Shown here piece by piece: positions 1 to 10,263 of a stretch of DNA of 64,000 nt. The notes below the pieces were generated by a model. It made no database searches. It was not told where the DNA came from and was given only the letters and a program-made list of their open reading frames with translations. Positions within the stretch are counted from its first letter, which is position 1. The number at the start of each line of letters is the position of its first letter. The translations under genes were made by a program, and so were the position numbers. Origin of the DNA: Psammoneis japonica (Eukaryota); NCBI GenBank assembly GCA_008632985.1, contig QPGO01000103.1, positions 186,001 to 250,000 on the forward strand, read 5' to 3'.

Positions 1-1460
1 GAAACGCACGTGAGTCATGCTTCCTTGACGAGGACGCAGACGAACCCATTGTTCCAGAGAATCGCAAGACACCCAAAGCAAACTTTGAGAGTTGCCACCA
101 ACCTGGTGAGTGCTTGGACGACTCTGACGATGAAAGGTCGGAGGAGTCCAAAGAGGGTGACTGGGACGAAAATGAGGATGAGAAAGAGGAGAGTGAGGCT
201 GAGGAAAGAGAAAAAATGCAAGGGAAAAAGACTCAACTGCAGCGTCCGGCAATTCATTCAATTGCTCGAGGACCTTCTTGTCTTCCACGCATGGCACAGG
301 CTGGGTGATCCACCCATCACAAGCGTAACTCCCAGTTCATCTGTTCAGAAAATGAACAAGAAAATCCGTCTCCTCGTTGACCGGATGGTGCAATTCGTCC
401 CGCGAACAGAAGGACACAGATGGAAGCTTCAAAAGCTTCATGAAACACTCCATCTCCCAGTGTTTCTTTGTCATCACCGACATGCGATGAACTTTGATGC
501 AGGCTTGGGGGAATGTCTCTTGAAAGACTTTTTCAAGCTGCCGTCATCTGCCGCACAACAACGCAACCTCGACAGTTTTCTGAAGCAGGTCGTGTCACGT
601 GTGGAGGACCAAATGAGGCTCAATGCCGCAATTTCAGCCAACAGTTGGATTTTGCCAACTGGGAAAAAGGAATCATCAAGAGTCAGGACGGACAATCACA
701 TGCTGGGAGGAAGTGCGTTCACTCTCACCTACAACCAAGGGATTGGCGCTGTGACGTTTGAGTGGAACAGCGAGCATGCTCGTTGCCAAGTTCATCCTGT
801 GTTGCAAACTTCATGTCGGAAAAGTGGGAGGATTGTGTTGGTGAAGATAGTGAAAATGCACACCTGACTTGTAAGACAGAGTTTTACAATGCAAACAGGA
901 GGGACACGCACCGTGCGCACCCCGATTTCAAAAGCGAAGGACCATGGCATGACTTTGCCTGTGTGACCTTTGGCACACGAAAGGGCGATCAACAGTTTCC
1001 CTCCCGTTTGCCATGTTTCTTCGAACAGGAGTGCACAGGATCGATTTTTGCAGTTGTCCATCCAACTGCTTGTCAAGCTGACCAGAGAACTGCAAGGCAA
1101 CGGCATCAGCATGCAGACTTGGCCAGTTGCTGGCAGCTTGATCACAAACGAAACAACTGGCTGTCAATGCCTGAGAAGACTCAGTGCTCACCTGAGTTAC
1201 GTGTTGTCCCTGTCGAAGCAATTGGGGACAATGTTTTGGTTTATGAAGAATGTCCAGGAGCAGCAGAAGCGCAAGAAAAGGCCCCATTTGTTTGGGCCAC
1301 ACAGGACAGAAGGAAGTGTTGGTCAGATTTGTTTCTAAAATGGGATGCGCACATCAATCTGTCATTCACTCACAGTGTGTGCATTTTTAGAGCAATTGCT
1401 TCCTCACAGATTCCATGCAGTGTCCACTTGCACAGTCCATTTGGTCATCCTGCGCCATGA
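1..1460 (+). mobile_element. Degenerate Plavaka-like (diatom-type) transposase, C-terminal part, frameshifted near 810
   Basis: Motifs WKLQKLHETLH, NFDAGLGECLLKDFFK and THRAHPDFKSEGPWHDFACV resemble the KFH..H and YRAHPxY..GPWYD motifs of Plavaka-like transposases. Expected Tyr residues read as His/Cys. Confidence 0.6.
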
Positions 1461-4300
1461 AATGTTCCCTGGCAGCCACAATCGCCTGCTGAAAGTCGGC
1501 GCTGTGGTCAGGCTGGTTGACAGCCACCAATTGTGCCTCGATTTGCAATGCCAACTGCAGGACCCTTTCTCTTGCCACGGCTTCTTCGTCCATGGCCCGG
1601 ATCGCGGTCCATGTCCCTCCCCGCATTTGATCTGTGCCTGGCCACAGATCATGCAAAGCTTGCCACTGTTGCTGCAAGGCAACGTCTTTCCTTCTCAAAT
1701 CGTCAGGGCCCCTGGAGCAACGTGATTGCAGCCTTCAGGACGCGCAGCGGCTGTGTTAGATGTCGCCTTCGAAGGAGTGGCACGGCATGGCGGTGGATGG
1801 ATTTGTTGATGCTGTTGATTGCAGATTGCTCCCTCTCCACTGCTCTGTTGGCGTCTGTGTCAGAATTTGCCCTGAGGCTTCTCAGAAGCAACGTCGAGTC
1901 ACAGCTGTGCAGCATGTGCAGCCTTGACTCTGATTTTTGATGTCCCGCAATGGAGATTGGGAGCCCCAATTCTTTTGCGTCAAATGCGTCACCGTGAAGA
2001 AAGCGTTGGAAACTCATTTCCGCTTCGCTGCAATTTTCCACTGCAACAATGTGGTCGTTGTCTGAATGGTGTGTCTCGATCGATGACGTAATCAACTGCG
2101 CATGGATGTGCTTAAATTCGCGAGTGGTTGTTGCTGGATTTAACAAAGCACTGTCAAGTGCGGTCGTTGCAGCCACAGTGGCACAATGGGCTTCTGCCAT
2201 TGCTTCTGCCGATCTTGACACAGCAGCCTTTGCATCCTTTGCTCTCTGTTCCTCCGAACAACGAGCAGCGTCAGCGTGAACAAAACCACCAACTGTCTCC
2301 ATCATCTGGCGACGGAAATCTGAGCAGCAGACAGACAGAGTTCATCTGACATGGTTTTCTTCCAATGCTCTGATTGTTGTGGTCGTGGGTCTGCCATTGC
2401 ATTCACCAGATTGGTCGTGCATCAGTCACAAAATTCTGGTTTCTGTGGAAACACACCAGAGTGGTGCGTGGGAGAAGTTGCATGCGCGCCTGGTGGGATT
2501 TGGAGTTTTGTGCACAAAAACCTGCCAGACGCACATGCAACTTCTCCCAGAGAAATCCTGCGTGAGATTGTGCCGGGAAAGGGCAATGCGGAGTGCAGAA
2601 TTGATGGAAGAAAACATTGTGGAACAGCATCAGGAGAAAGGGTGCATGCACTGGAAAACAACATGGATTTCTACACACGAGTTGAGGTGCGTGAAGAACA
2701 CGTGGGTGCCTTCAATTGACACATGCGAACAATCACAAAGAAACATTCGGAAATGGGGACAGCATGGAGAGAAGTCAGAAACATGGGTCCAAAACAAAGT
2801 CACACACGATGAAGGCGACGGTGACGGGATCAATGAAAAAGAAGGATTTGGATGGAAAGACGCCGGAGACGGTGAAAACAGGCGGCGCCAAGACGAAGAA
2901 GGAAGAGAAAAATGGGGCGGGAAAAATGAAGAAAGAGAAAAAGAAGCAGATGACACGACGTCAAGAGGGGAGCAGCGATGCGATTCTGCGTTTCGAGGGA
3001 CCTCTTCCTCTCGATGATGTTCACCCAAATGCAAGAAATGCAGTGTGGCTTTTTTGGAACGGTGACGAGGAAACATCCAACGCGGCAGCGGCACACATGT
3101 TTGAAATTCTTGCAAGAGAGCGGACAAGACACATGGAATGAAGAGGACGATGCGGACGAACAGGCCAATTGGAGCACAGTTGTTGGTTGAACAATTGGTG
3201 CACACTTTACATGATGAAAATTTCATTGCATGCAATTGCAATGTTTGGCTTGTCGCCAAAGATCGTTGGCAGTTGTGAAAAAGGCTGAGCATGAAAATTA
3301 AAAAGCACCTGTGTTCAAACATGAAGAACAGAAGGAGATTAACAATCAACCAAATGACAAAAACCATCATGTGCAGACAAGTAGATTTTATAATGTGGCA
3401 ATGTGTTTTTGTCATGTGTGCAGACATTGCGACATCGTGCACTCTGATGAAGACTCAGCACTTTGCCGAAGCAATGCATTGTCTTGAAAAGTGCTTGGCT
3501 TTCTTGTCCAGCAAGCACAGCATTGTTTTGGATGGATTGATGTTGATGCTGGTGTTGACCAACTTTGCTTTGCCAATGCTTGTGCCATTCTCCACTGTCA
3601 TCTTGCAGGGCATTGCATCAACCTGTTCTTGCTTTGGCATTGACAACATGCTTGGCTGCCAATTTGGATGGTGCCACTGAGTTGTGCCGCCAGGCACTCA
3701 GTCAAAAGCCGGACAATCAGCTCAGACATGTTGAATCGTGCCTTGGAGGAAGCCTTGTCATCCATTTTGGTTCAAGACCAGACAGTGGCAGACATTGTGG
3801 AACCGCCGACTCCTCCGGAGCCGTCCTTTGTGTCACCACCACCCAACCGGCCTAGCTGGGACAAGACAAAGTGTCCGTCGACAACAACAACTGCAGCAGC
3901 AACAATGAGCCCCATCATCGAATGATAACTTGACCTTTGCCAGTGGCGAAGTCGACATGAGCATGCCGTGAGAATTAAAAAGAACAGATCAAATTTTTAG
4001 TGCAATTATGCACTCCTTTGCCAGCAGTGCCGGCGCCGGCTAACCCACACTTCCAGTGCACTTAATACAAATAAGCGCGGCAGAAGAGCATGACGGATGT
4101 GGGTGGATTGCGTTAGATGTTTAAAAGACAACTCTGTTTCATCCATTCAGTTTGCTGCTACAGAATGTCGTGGTTGATTTGCTTCTTTCTCTATCGCGTT
4201 CAGACCCCACTGAATTACTTGCATCCATGGCCTGTGAATGCTGATATTGTTTGTGACTCAAGTCTGTCGTCGTTCCAGATGTGACGGTAAATCACAGTCT

Positions 4301-6007
4301 CTAGCCACCGCAACCGCCTCCGCCGCAACCACCACCACCACAACCGCCGCCACCACATCCTCCTCCACCACCGCATCCACCGGATCCGCATCCTCCAGCA
4401 CCACACGCCCCGCCAAGGCCGGCCGTGTCTGCACCGCATCCACCACCAGCATCAAACACCATCGCAGGAAACAGCCACACACCGTCATCCGTATAATAGT
4501 CTCTTCGCTCAAGTCTTTTCCCACTGGTCGGCTCCGATGTCAAGTTCTCCGGTATGCCAACAACACCCAAAGGAACAGCTGCCTCACTGCGAGCCTTTAC
4601 GAGAGTTTCCAATGCCTGCAGTTCCGCCAATTCGTTTCTTAATTCCTCTTTTGTTTCGATTGCTGATGGGCATCCGAAGCATGCCAAACACCCATAGCAG
4701 CTAATCTCGCTTGCCAGTTCTTCCTTGCGTCCTTGAATGCGACGAAGCAAAATCTGGTACGACTCGCGAGTTGTTGTGTGGTAGTATCCATTGCCCTTTG
4801 GACCCTTGCCGAAAATGTAGCACGCCTTTTGTGGATTGGCATTTTCACCGGAAGTTTTGGATTTGGGCAGCGCCTTAATAAACGGAGGCTGTCCATCGGG
4901 ACATGAAGAAGCATCGAGTGGCGTCCATTGGGTTGCTCCACAAAACGGAGCTTGTTGGGGTTGTCCTGTGGACGACGCCGCAACCTTGCCAATCAAATGT
5001 GTGTATGGACCCGTTGGTGCATCGTTTTTTTCCAACTTGTACATGTCAAAGTACGACTCCGGAGGCTCCCCTCTATACATGCCTCCCTCAATTCTGTACT
5101 CGAGCCCATACATGGTTGTCCACAGCGCTTCTGTTTTCTTGTATGCGCGATTCAAGATGGAATTCTGTGACCGGTCAGTGAGAGAGTCGTCATGGTGTAA
5201 TGTCTGCCCAATTATGGAGATACAATCATCATTGTAATTGTGTAGCGAAGCCAGCATATGAGTGTGCCACATTAAATCAATCTGATATGTAGGCACAATG
5301 ATTTGGTTCTTGCCCTTCTCCGTTCCCTTCAGGCAAAGGAATCGATAATAGTTGAGAACACCCTGCCGAAGGAAGTCCACATCGCTGAAACGAGGACTCG
5401 AAACTTGCCACAGAAACGTGGACTGACGCTCGGCCGATTCCAACACGTCGAAGTCATTCAGAATTCCATCTGTCTTTTCTGCTTCAAGTTTCTCATCCAT
5501 GCAATCAACTCTTCTTTCGTCAAGAAAGAAAGGTTCTGTTGGATACAACTCCTTCCACAAATATTGTGCAGCTGTTTCTGGAGGAATAAGATCTTTCTCT
5601 GGAGTATCTGGATGCTGCAATGAAAACGGAGGGACCGCTTCAAAGGGTTGCTCAGCGTGGAAACGATCACGAATATGCCTTGCATACCGCATAGGAGCTA
5701 GACGGTGGCAATGCCAGAGCCAGGCTACATCCAGAGGCGGTACTAGTCCGACGTCGTTCTTGCTTTTCCTGCTATTGTAAACATCCAAGAGAGGGAGCCA
5801 TAAATCTGCATATCGGCGAAAGGATTCGGCAGAGGGACGAATTGTAGAAACGCTAGCCGCATGAACCGTTTGTAGAAACAGAACGTGAAGCTGTGACTGC
5901 GTTACGAGATCGCAAGAAAATTGACGCGCTGCATTTCTGATGGCGTCATCGTCTTCATTCCTTTGACGAGTTGCAGATAACATATAAGAAATGATTTTGG
6001 CGTTCAA
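4301..6007 (-). CDS. Glycine-rich domain protein (GRDP/DUF1399-like); exact start uncertain (first in-frame ATG ~5983)
   Basis: 568-aa ORF with PPLDVAWLWHCHRLAP, VPTYQIDLMWHTH and HDDS motifs and a GCGGGG-repeat C-terminus. Confidence 0.85.
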   Translation of the reverse strand: MNAKIISYMLSATRQRNEDDDAIRNAARQFSCDLVTQSQLHVLFLQTVHAASVSTIRPSAESFRRYADLWLPLLDVYNSRKSKNDVGLVPPLDVAWLWHCHRLAPMRYARHIRDRFHAEQPFEAVPPFSLQHPDTPEKDLIPPETAAQYLWKELYPTEPFFLDERRVDCMDEKLEAEKTDGILNDFDVLESAERQSTFLWQVSSPRFSDVDFLRQGVLNYYRFLCLKGTEKGKNQIIVPTYQIDLMWHTHMLASLHNYNDDCISIIGQTLHHDDSLTDRSQNSILNRAYKKTEALWTTMYGLEYRIEGGMYRGEPPESYFDMYKLEKNDAPTGPYTHLIGKVAASSTGQPQQAPFCGATQWTPLDASSCPDGQPPFIKALPKSKTSGENANPQKACYIFGKGPKGNGYYHTTTRESYQILLRRIQGRKEELASEISCYGCLACFGCPSAIETKEELRNELAELQALETLVKARSEAAVPLGVVGIPENLTSEPTSGKRLERRDYYTDDGVWLFPAMVFDAGGGCGADTAGLGGACGAGGCGSGGCGGGGGCGGGGCGGGGCGGGGCGG

Positions 6008-6297
6008 CCGAATTGAAGATCCAGGGGTTCAGAACTGCGCCACTGTAGAACGGGAAATGACCAGAGGGTGTCAAGTCGTGTCGCAGATGCCATTTCGAAT
6101 CACTCTGATTTTGCTGATCATTCGGTGGTGACGGGCAAATGACTGACTGTCGTCATACAGTGCCGGCATGGCTGGCAGGTACATGCCGGCACGTACAGTG
6201 CTGTAGCGTCGCGTCCGTTCGTCATCTCTCTACTCTCTCTAGCTAGCAGAGAGTCTCTACTCTACCGGTAGAGTAGAGCTCTCAGCTCTAGAGAGTA

Positions 6298-6960
6298 GTC
6301 TAGCAGTGACAGCTACTACTCTCTACCACTAGCTCTAGCTAGAGCAGAGCTGTTCTATCATCATCACGCTCATGCTCACGCACGCACTGCACGAGGAGAG
6401 GATTCATTTGCACCCCCCCCAANAGGCATTCAGATTTAATTCGGTACAAATCTACGCAGCATTTTGCGTAGGGTGCACACGAACCACCAGGTGGTTCGTG
6501 TGCACCCAAAAATGCACACGGACCACCAGGTGGTTCGTGTGCATAAGCAGGGATAAAATCTGTAAGTTTTTATACCGGTAGAACCGAAAATCTGGAATCT
6601 GTGCAACGTCTGTCTTCCCCCCTCTTTAGTACAAATGTACGCAGGGTGTACACAGACCGCGCCGGGCCTACTTTTAACGCGCCGGGCCTGCAGAAGGGTT
6701 CTTCTAAGATCGCAGAATTAGCCGAGTTCCAGCAAAAATCAACCCCAGTTTTCGCCGAATCATTAAAAATTTGTGCTTTTTGAAAATCTGTACTGTTTCT
6801 GCCTATGACTCTGAATCGTCACAGTCCTAGCAGTGACAGTCTAGCATACTGCTCTCTACCACTAGCTCAGCCTAGAGCAGAGCTGTTCTGTCATCATCAT
6901 GCTCATGCTCACGCGCGCACTGCACGAGGAGGATGACTCGTTTGCACCCCCCCCAAAAAA
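6298..6960 (+). repeat. Imperfect ~130-bp direct repeat (~6298-6423 and ~6822-6960) flanking a ~400-bp palindrome-rich insert
   Basis: ctagcagtgacag...ctctctaccactagctc...agagcagagctgttct..catcatca.gctcatgctcacg...tttgcaccccccccaa occurs twice, with a single N at 6423. Confidence 0.75.
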
Positions 6961-8399
6961 AAAGCAAAAAGCTGCCATGCGGTGCAGTGAGGCGACGGGA
7001 ATGGCGGGACCAACTCAGATCTTGGTTTTGAGGTCTCCAAACTGCAGCAGATTTCTGTTCTGCAGTGAGAGAGATCCAGATGTCCTTGAGCAGGGATGAT
7101 GTGAGGTCAGAGTCGGGCGCGAGGGGGGCAGCTCTTGGCACTCAATGAGGGAGAAACAGGCTGCGTCTCTTGGGGTGAAGCCGCCCCATGGAAACGTGAA
7201 ACTTGCTGCAATGTGTCTCTTTCAACAAAGCTCAGAAGAGCTCTGACAAATTCAATCTCACATCACTTGACCTCCATGCACGTGTTCTTCTGACACCATG
7301 CTTTGTCATGGTTTGTGCTGCAGCAAGTGGCAAGAACACACCACTCTGCTGTGTTGGCGTGAGCCAGGAGCTGCATGCTGGCATCACAGCCACTGCAGTT
7401 GCTGCGTGCAGCATTGGGAGGTGAAAACAAAACCCACCATCACCAGGCTGTTTCAATCATGAGAGGGTGATGTGCATGTTTGTTGTGGCTGAAGATGTTG
7501 TCATGCTGTCAAACAACATTGCCTCATCTTTGCTGTGAGCTGTGAACACCATGATGATTTAGGATGTTTCATCACAGTTGTCCCCCAACATGTGGATGCC
7601 ATTGTTGTGGTCACTTGTCACACTTGTCATGGTCTCCTGATTTGGACATTTTGTCCATCTGTGGTTCCGCCATTTCCACCCTCCATGTGCTGTTTTGCAA
7701 GTCCTTGTGATGGCATTTTTGCCAGCTGTGTCCTGCAATGTCAAACTTCCAAAGTGAGGAAGTTGAAGTCCAGAAGTGCACATTGCAAATGCCCATGCAA
7801 GCTTGCACTTGTTCTGGAGTGAGCAACACATTGGTGCCATCAATGGCATCAATTGCAAGCGATCCATGCATGGAGGTCACACAGCAACTGGCCATTGACG
7901 TCACATCTCAGAAGCACAAGGAAGACTGTGTGTGCAAGGCATGTGCTGTGCAGCATTCATTGTCGTGTCCCAAGCTGAACTTGGGGCAATGCTTTTCATT
8001 CATGGATGAACACACTCACGCAGCTGTGTGAAGTGAAAGCAGCAGAAGCTTTCATGCAACACCAAACATTTCTTGGCCAAATGATGAGCCAACACTCAGA
8101 AATGTTCTCACAATTGCAGTCAACCACAATCTGTTAAAATGCTCAAATTTAAGTGCCCACTCGATGCATGATAAGGTGCAGTGATGTGTTGCTCTGGCAT
8201 GTCCAATGAAAAAGCGTGCTCTTGTTCAGACATCATCAAACCCTGCAAGCAATGCTCTCATCATGAAGAAGAGGGTTGCTCCTCCTGCTCCCCACAGCAT
8301 CCTCAGAAGAAGGAGCTGGCCAAAGGCAAGCACCAAATGCACAAGCTGCACATCATGACTGGTGACAAAAACAGTTGAACGCATGAGCTGAGGAGCATG

Positions 8400-8960
8400 C
8401 TGCACTTTGGTGCTGGAATGTGCAAAGAGTGGCCACTCCATGTCCGTGTTTCCAAGTGAGTCATTCTCAGACAAAATGTCATGACAAGGCCAGAAAAGCA
8501 CTTGTTGGCTCACAAGCTGCCAGAGGACAAGGCCATCATCACAATCAATGACAAGGCATCCAAGTGCCCCACCAAGACTAATGCCAATCATGCCAAATGC
8601 ATGAAAGTGGTGGTGGCAAGCATCTTCCCCAGGGTGGCGGCACTTCTCCAGAAATGTTGCTTGCAGTTTTTCTCATGCATGAGGAGCCTGCTGACATGAA
8701 GACTTGGGACTTTGTCACAAGGCCTGTTGAGATCAACAGCCACTCAAAGGAATTTCCTCCTGTTCTGGAAGTTGGAGATGCTCCAAGAACATTGTTGTCA
8801 GACAATGAACTCATTAATTTGCTCAAGTGCCCAGCTCCAAAGTTTGTCTTGTTTTGCAAAAACATTGAGCAAGTTGAAGCTGCCAAAGGTGGATTTCAAA
8901 AAGGTCGCTTCAAAAACCAAGGTGCCAAGGAAGTGGGGCCAAGGCAAAGATGATGCCCAG
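8400..8960 (+). mobile_element. Decayed Ty3/gypsy-type gag fragment
   Basis: PADMKTWDFVTRPVEINSHSKEFPP...LSDNELINLL resembles the diatom gypsy gag motif KP.DM..R.FV.RL.EIN.YL..FPP...LSD.EL. Multiple frameshifts. Confidence 0.6.
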
Positions 8961-10263
8961 AATCACTCATCAAAAATCACAATCACAACTCAAAATCATG
9001 CCTGTTGTGGTGGTGTGAATTGTGGCCATTTGACAGGATTTGAGCAGGATTTGGGTGCGCGCGAAATGTCGCGCACTGTTCAGTTTACCGCGCACAGTTT
9101 TGTGTGCTTTAGTTCCGCGCGTTCGCGCGCGATGTAGTTTGCTTTCGAGCCACAAGGCTCACAAGAATGACAACAGCAGCCCGATTGTGCCGACTTGCAC
9201 GTCTTTTGGCTCCTGTGGTGGTCTCTGAGCGGAGACTCATCTGCTGTTTGGACAGCAGCAAGGAGTTGTTGTTTGAATTCTTGCCATTTGCCTTCAATTT
9301 CTGTCAGATTAACAGTCTTGCTCATTGTCAACCCATTGAGCAACCGCCATCGTCGTCGTTGATTTACCAACGATGCCGCTTCAATTCTGCGTGGACCTCC
9401 GTGCATGTTCTGCATGCATCGGCAAGTCTGCACGCATTCAACACCAGGGCATCGGCAGGAAGTTAACATCACCGTCAAGTCTCCTTGCCGCTGGACATCT
9501 GGATTGATTGTGCTGCCTTTGGTTGCTGAAGACATGCATTCAACGGTCACACCCAAGTCTGTCCTTGATCCTCATCCCTTGATGTGCCTGTTCATCGGTC
9601 AACGGTCAAGAACCCTGCATGTTCAAGGATCTTCGTCGCTGAAGACACATGCATGTGTGCACATCTTCACGGCCAAGAACCTGTGCCCACTCTTCGGACT
9701 GCGGTTTTGCTGCCACTCTGCGAGCACACCGAGTCCATTGCACCTGATCTGCCCCGGACCACTGGTGCTCTGCAGTTCCACTGGGTCCACGAGGATGACT
9801 GTGAGAGCAAAGCAGCCGTGATTGCAGCCTGCGTTGGGGCGAGGGTGCTTTCCCGTGTTTGTTCGTTCGTCCACAGTGCCCAACGCCTACGTCAACTGGC
9901 CAGCCTGATCGGGAAATCCAACCGACATAAAACAAGAACGGTTTGGGGGTCTTGTCCACCTCTGGTCAGCTTGCCTGCAGGGGTTTGCAACCCGCTGCTC
10001 TGCTCGTAAGCAACCCAAAGCGCCGCCAGCTGCGGGTTCGGACGTGCCGGCACAACTCTACGGACCGGATGGGAAGTTTAGCACTTGACAACGAACGGGA
10101 CAGCACAGCCCGGCGACTTCTGATTTTAAGATGGTCCAAGATTTCAAGTCAAGTCTAGCTCAAGTCAAGTCTTTTTCAAGCCAAGTTCCAAGTCAAAACT
10201 CCGAGTCAAGATCGCGCTCTAGATTGGTTCCTGTCTTTTGTTTCTGCTGCACCGTCCTCCGTC

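Noticed and set aside
6298..6960. 130-bp direct repeat as a genuine long TSD or LTR pair
   Set aside because: The first copy ends at a lone N, so it may be a haplotype overlap at a contig join. It has no TG...CA ends.
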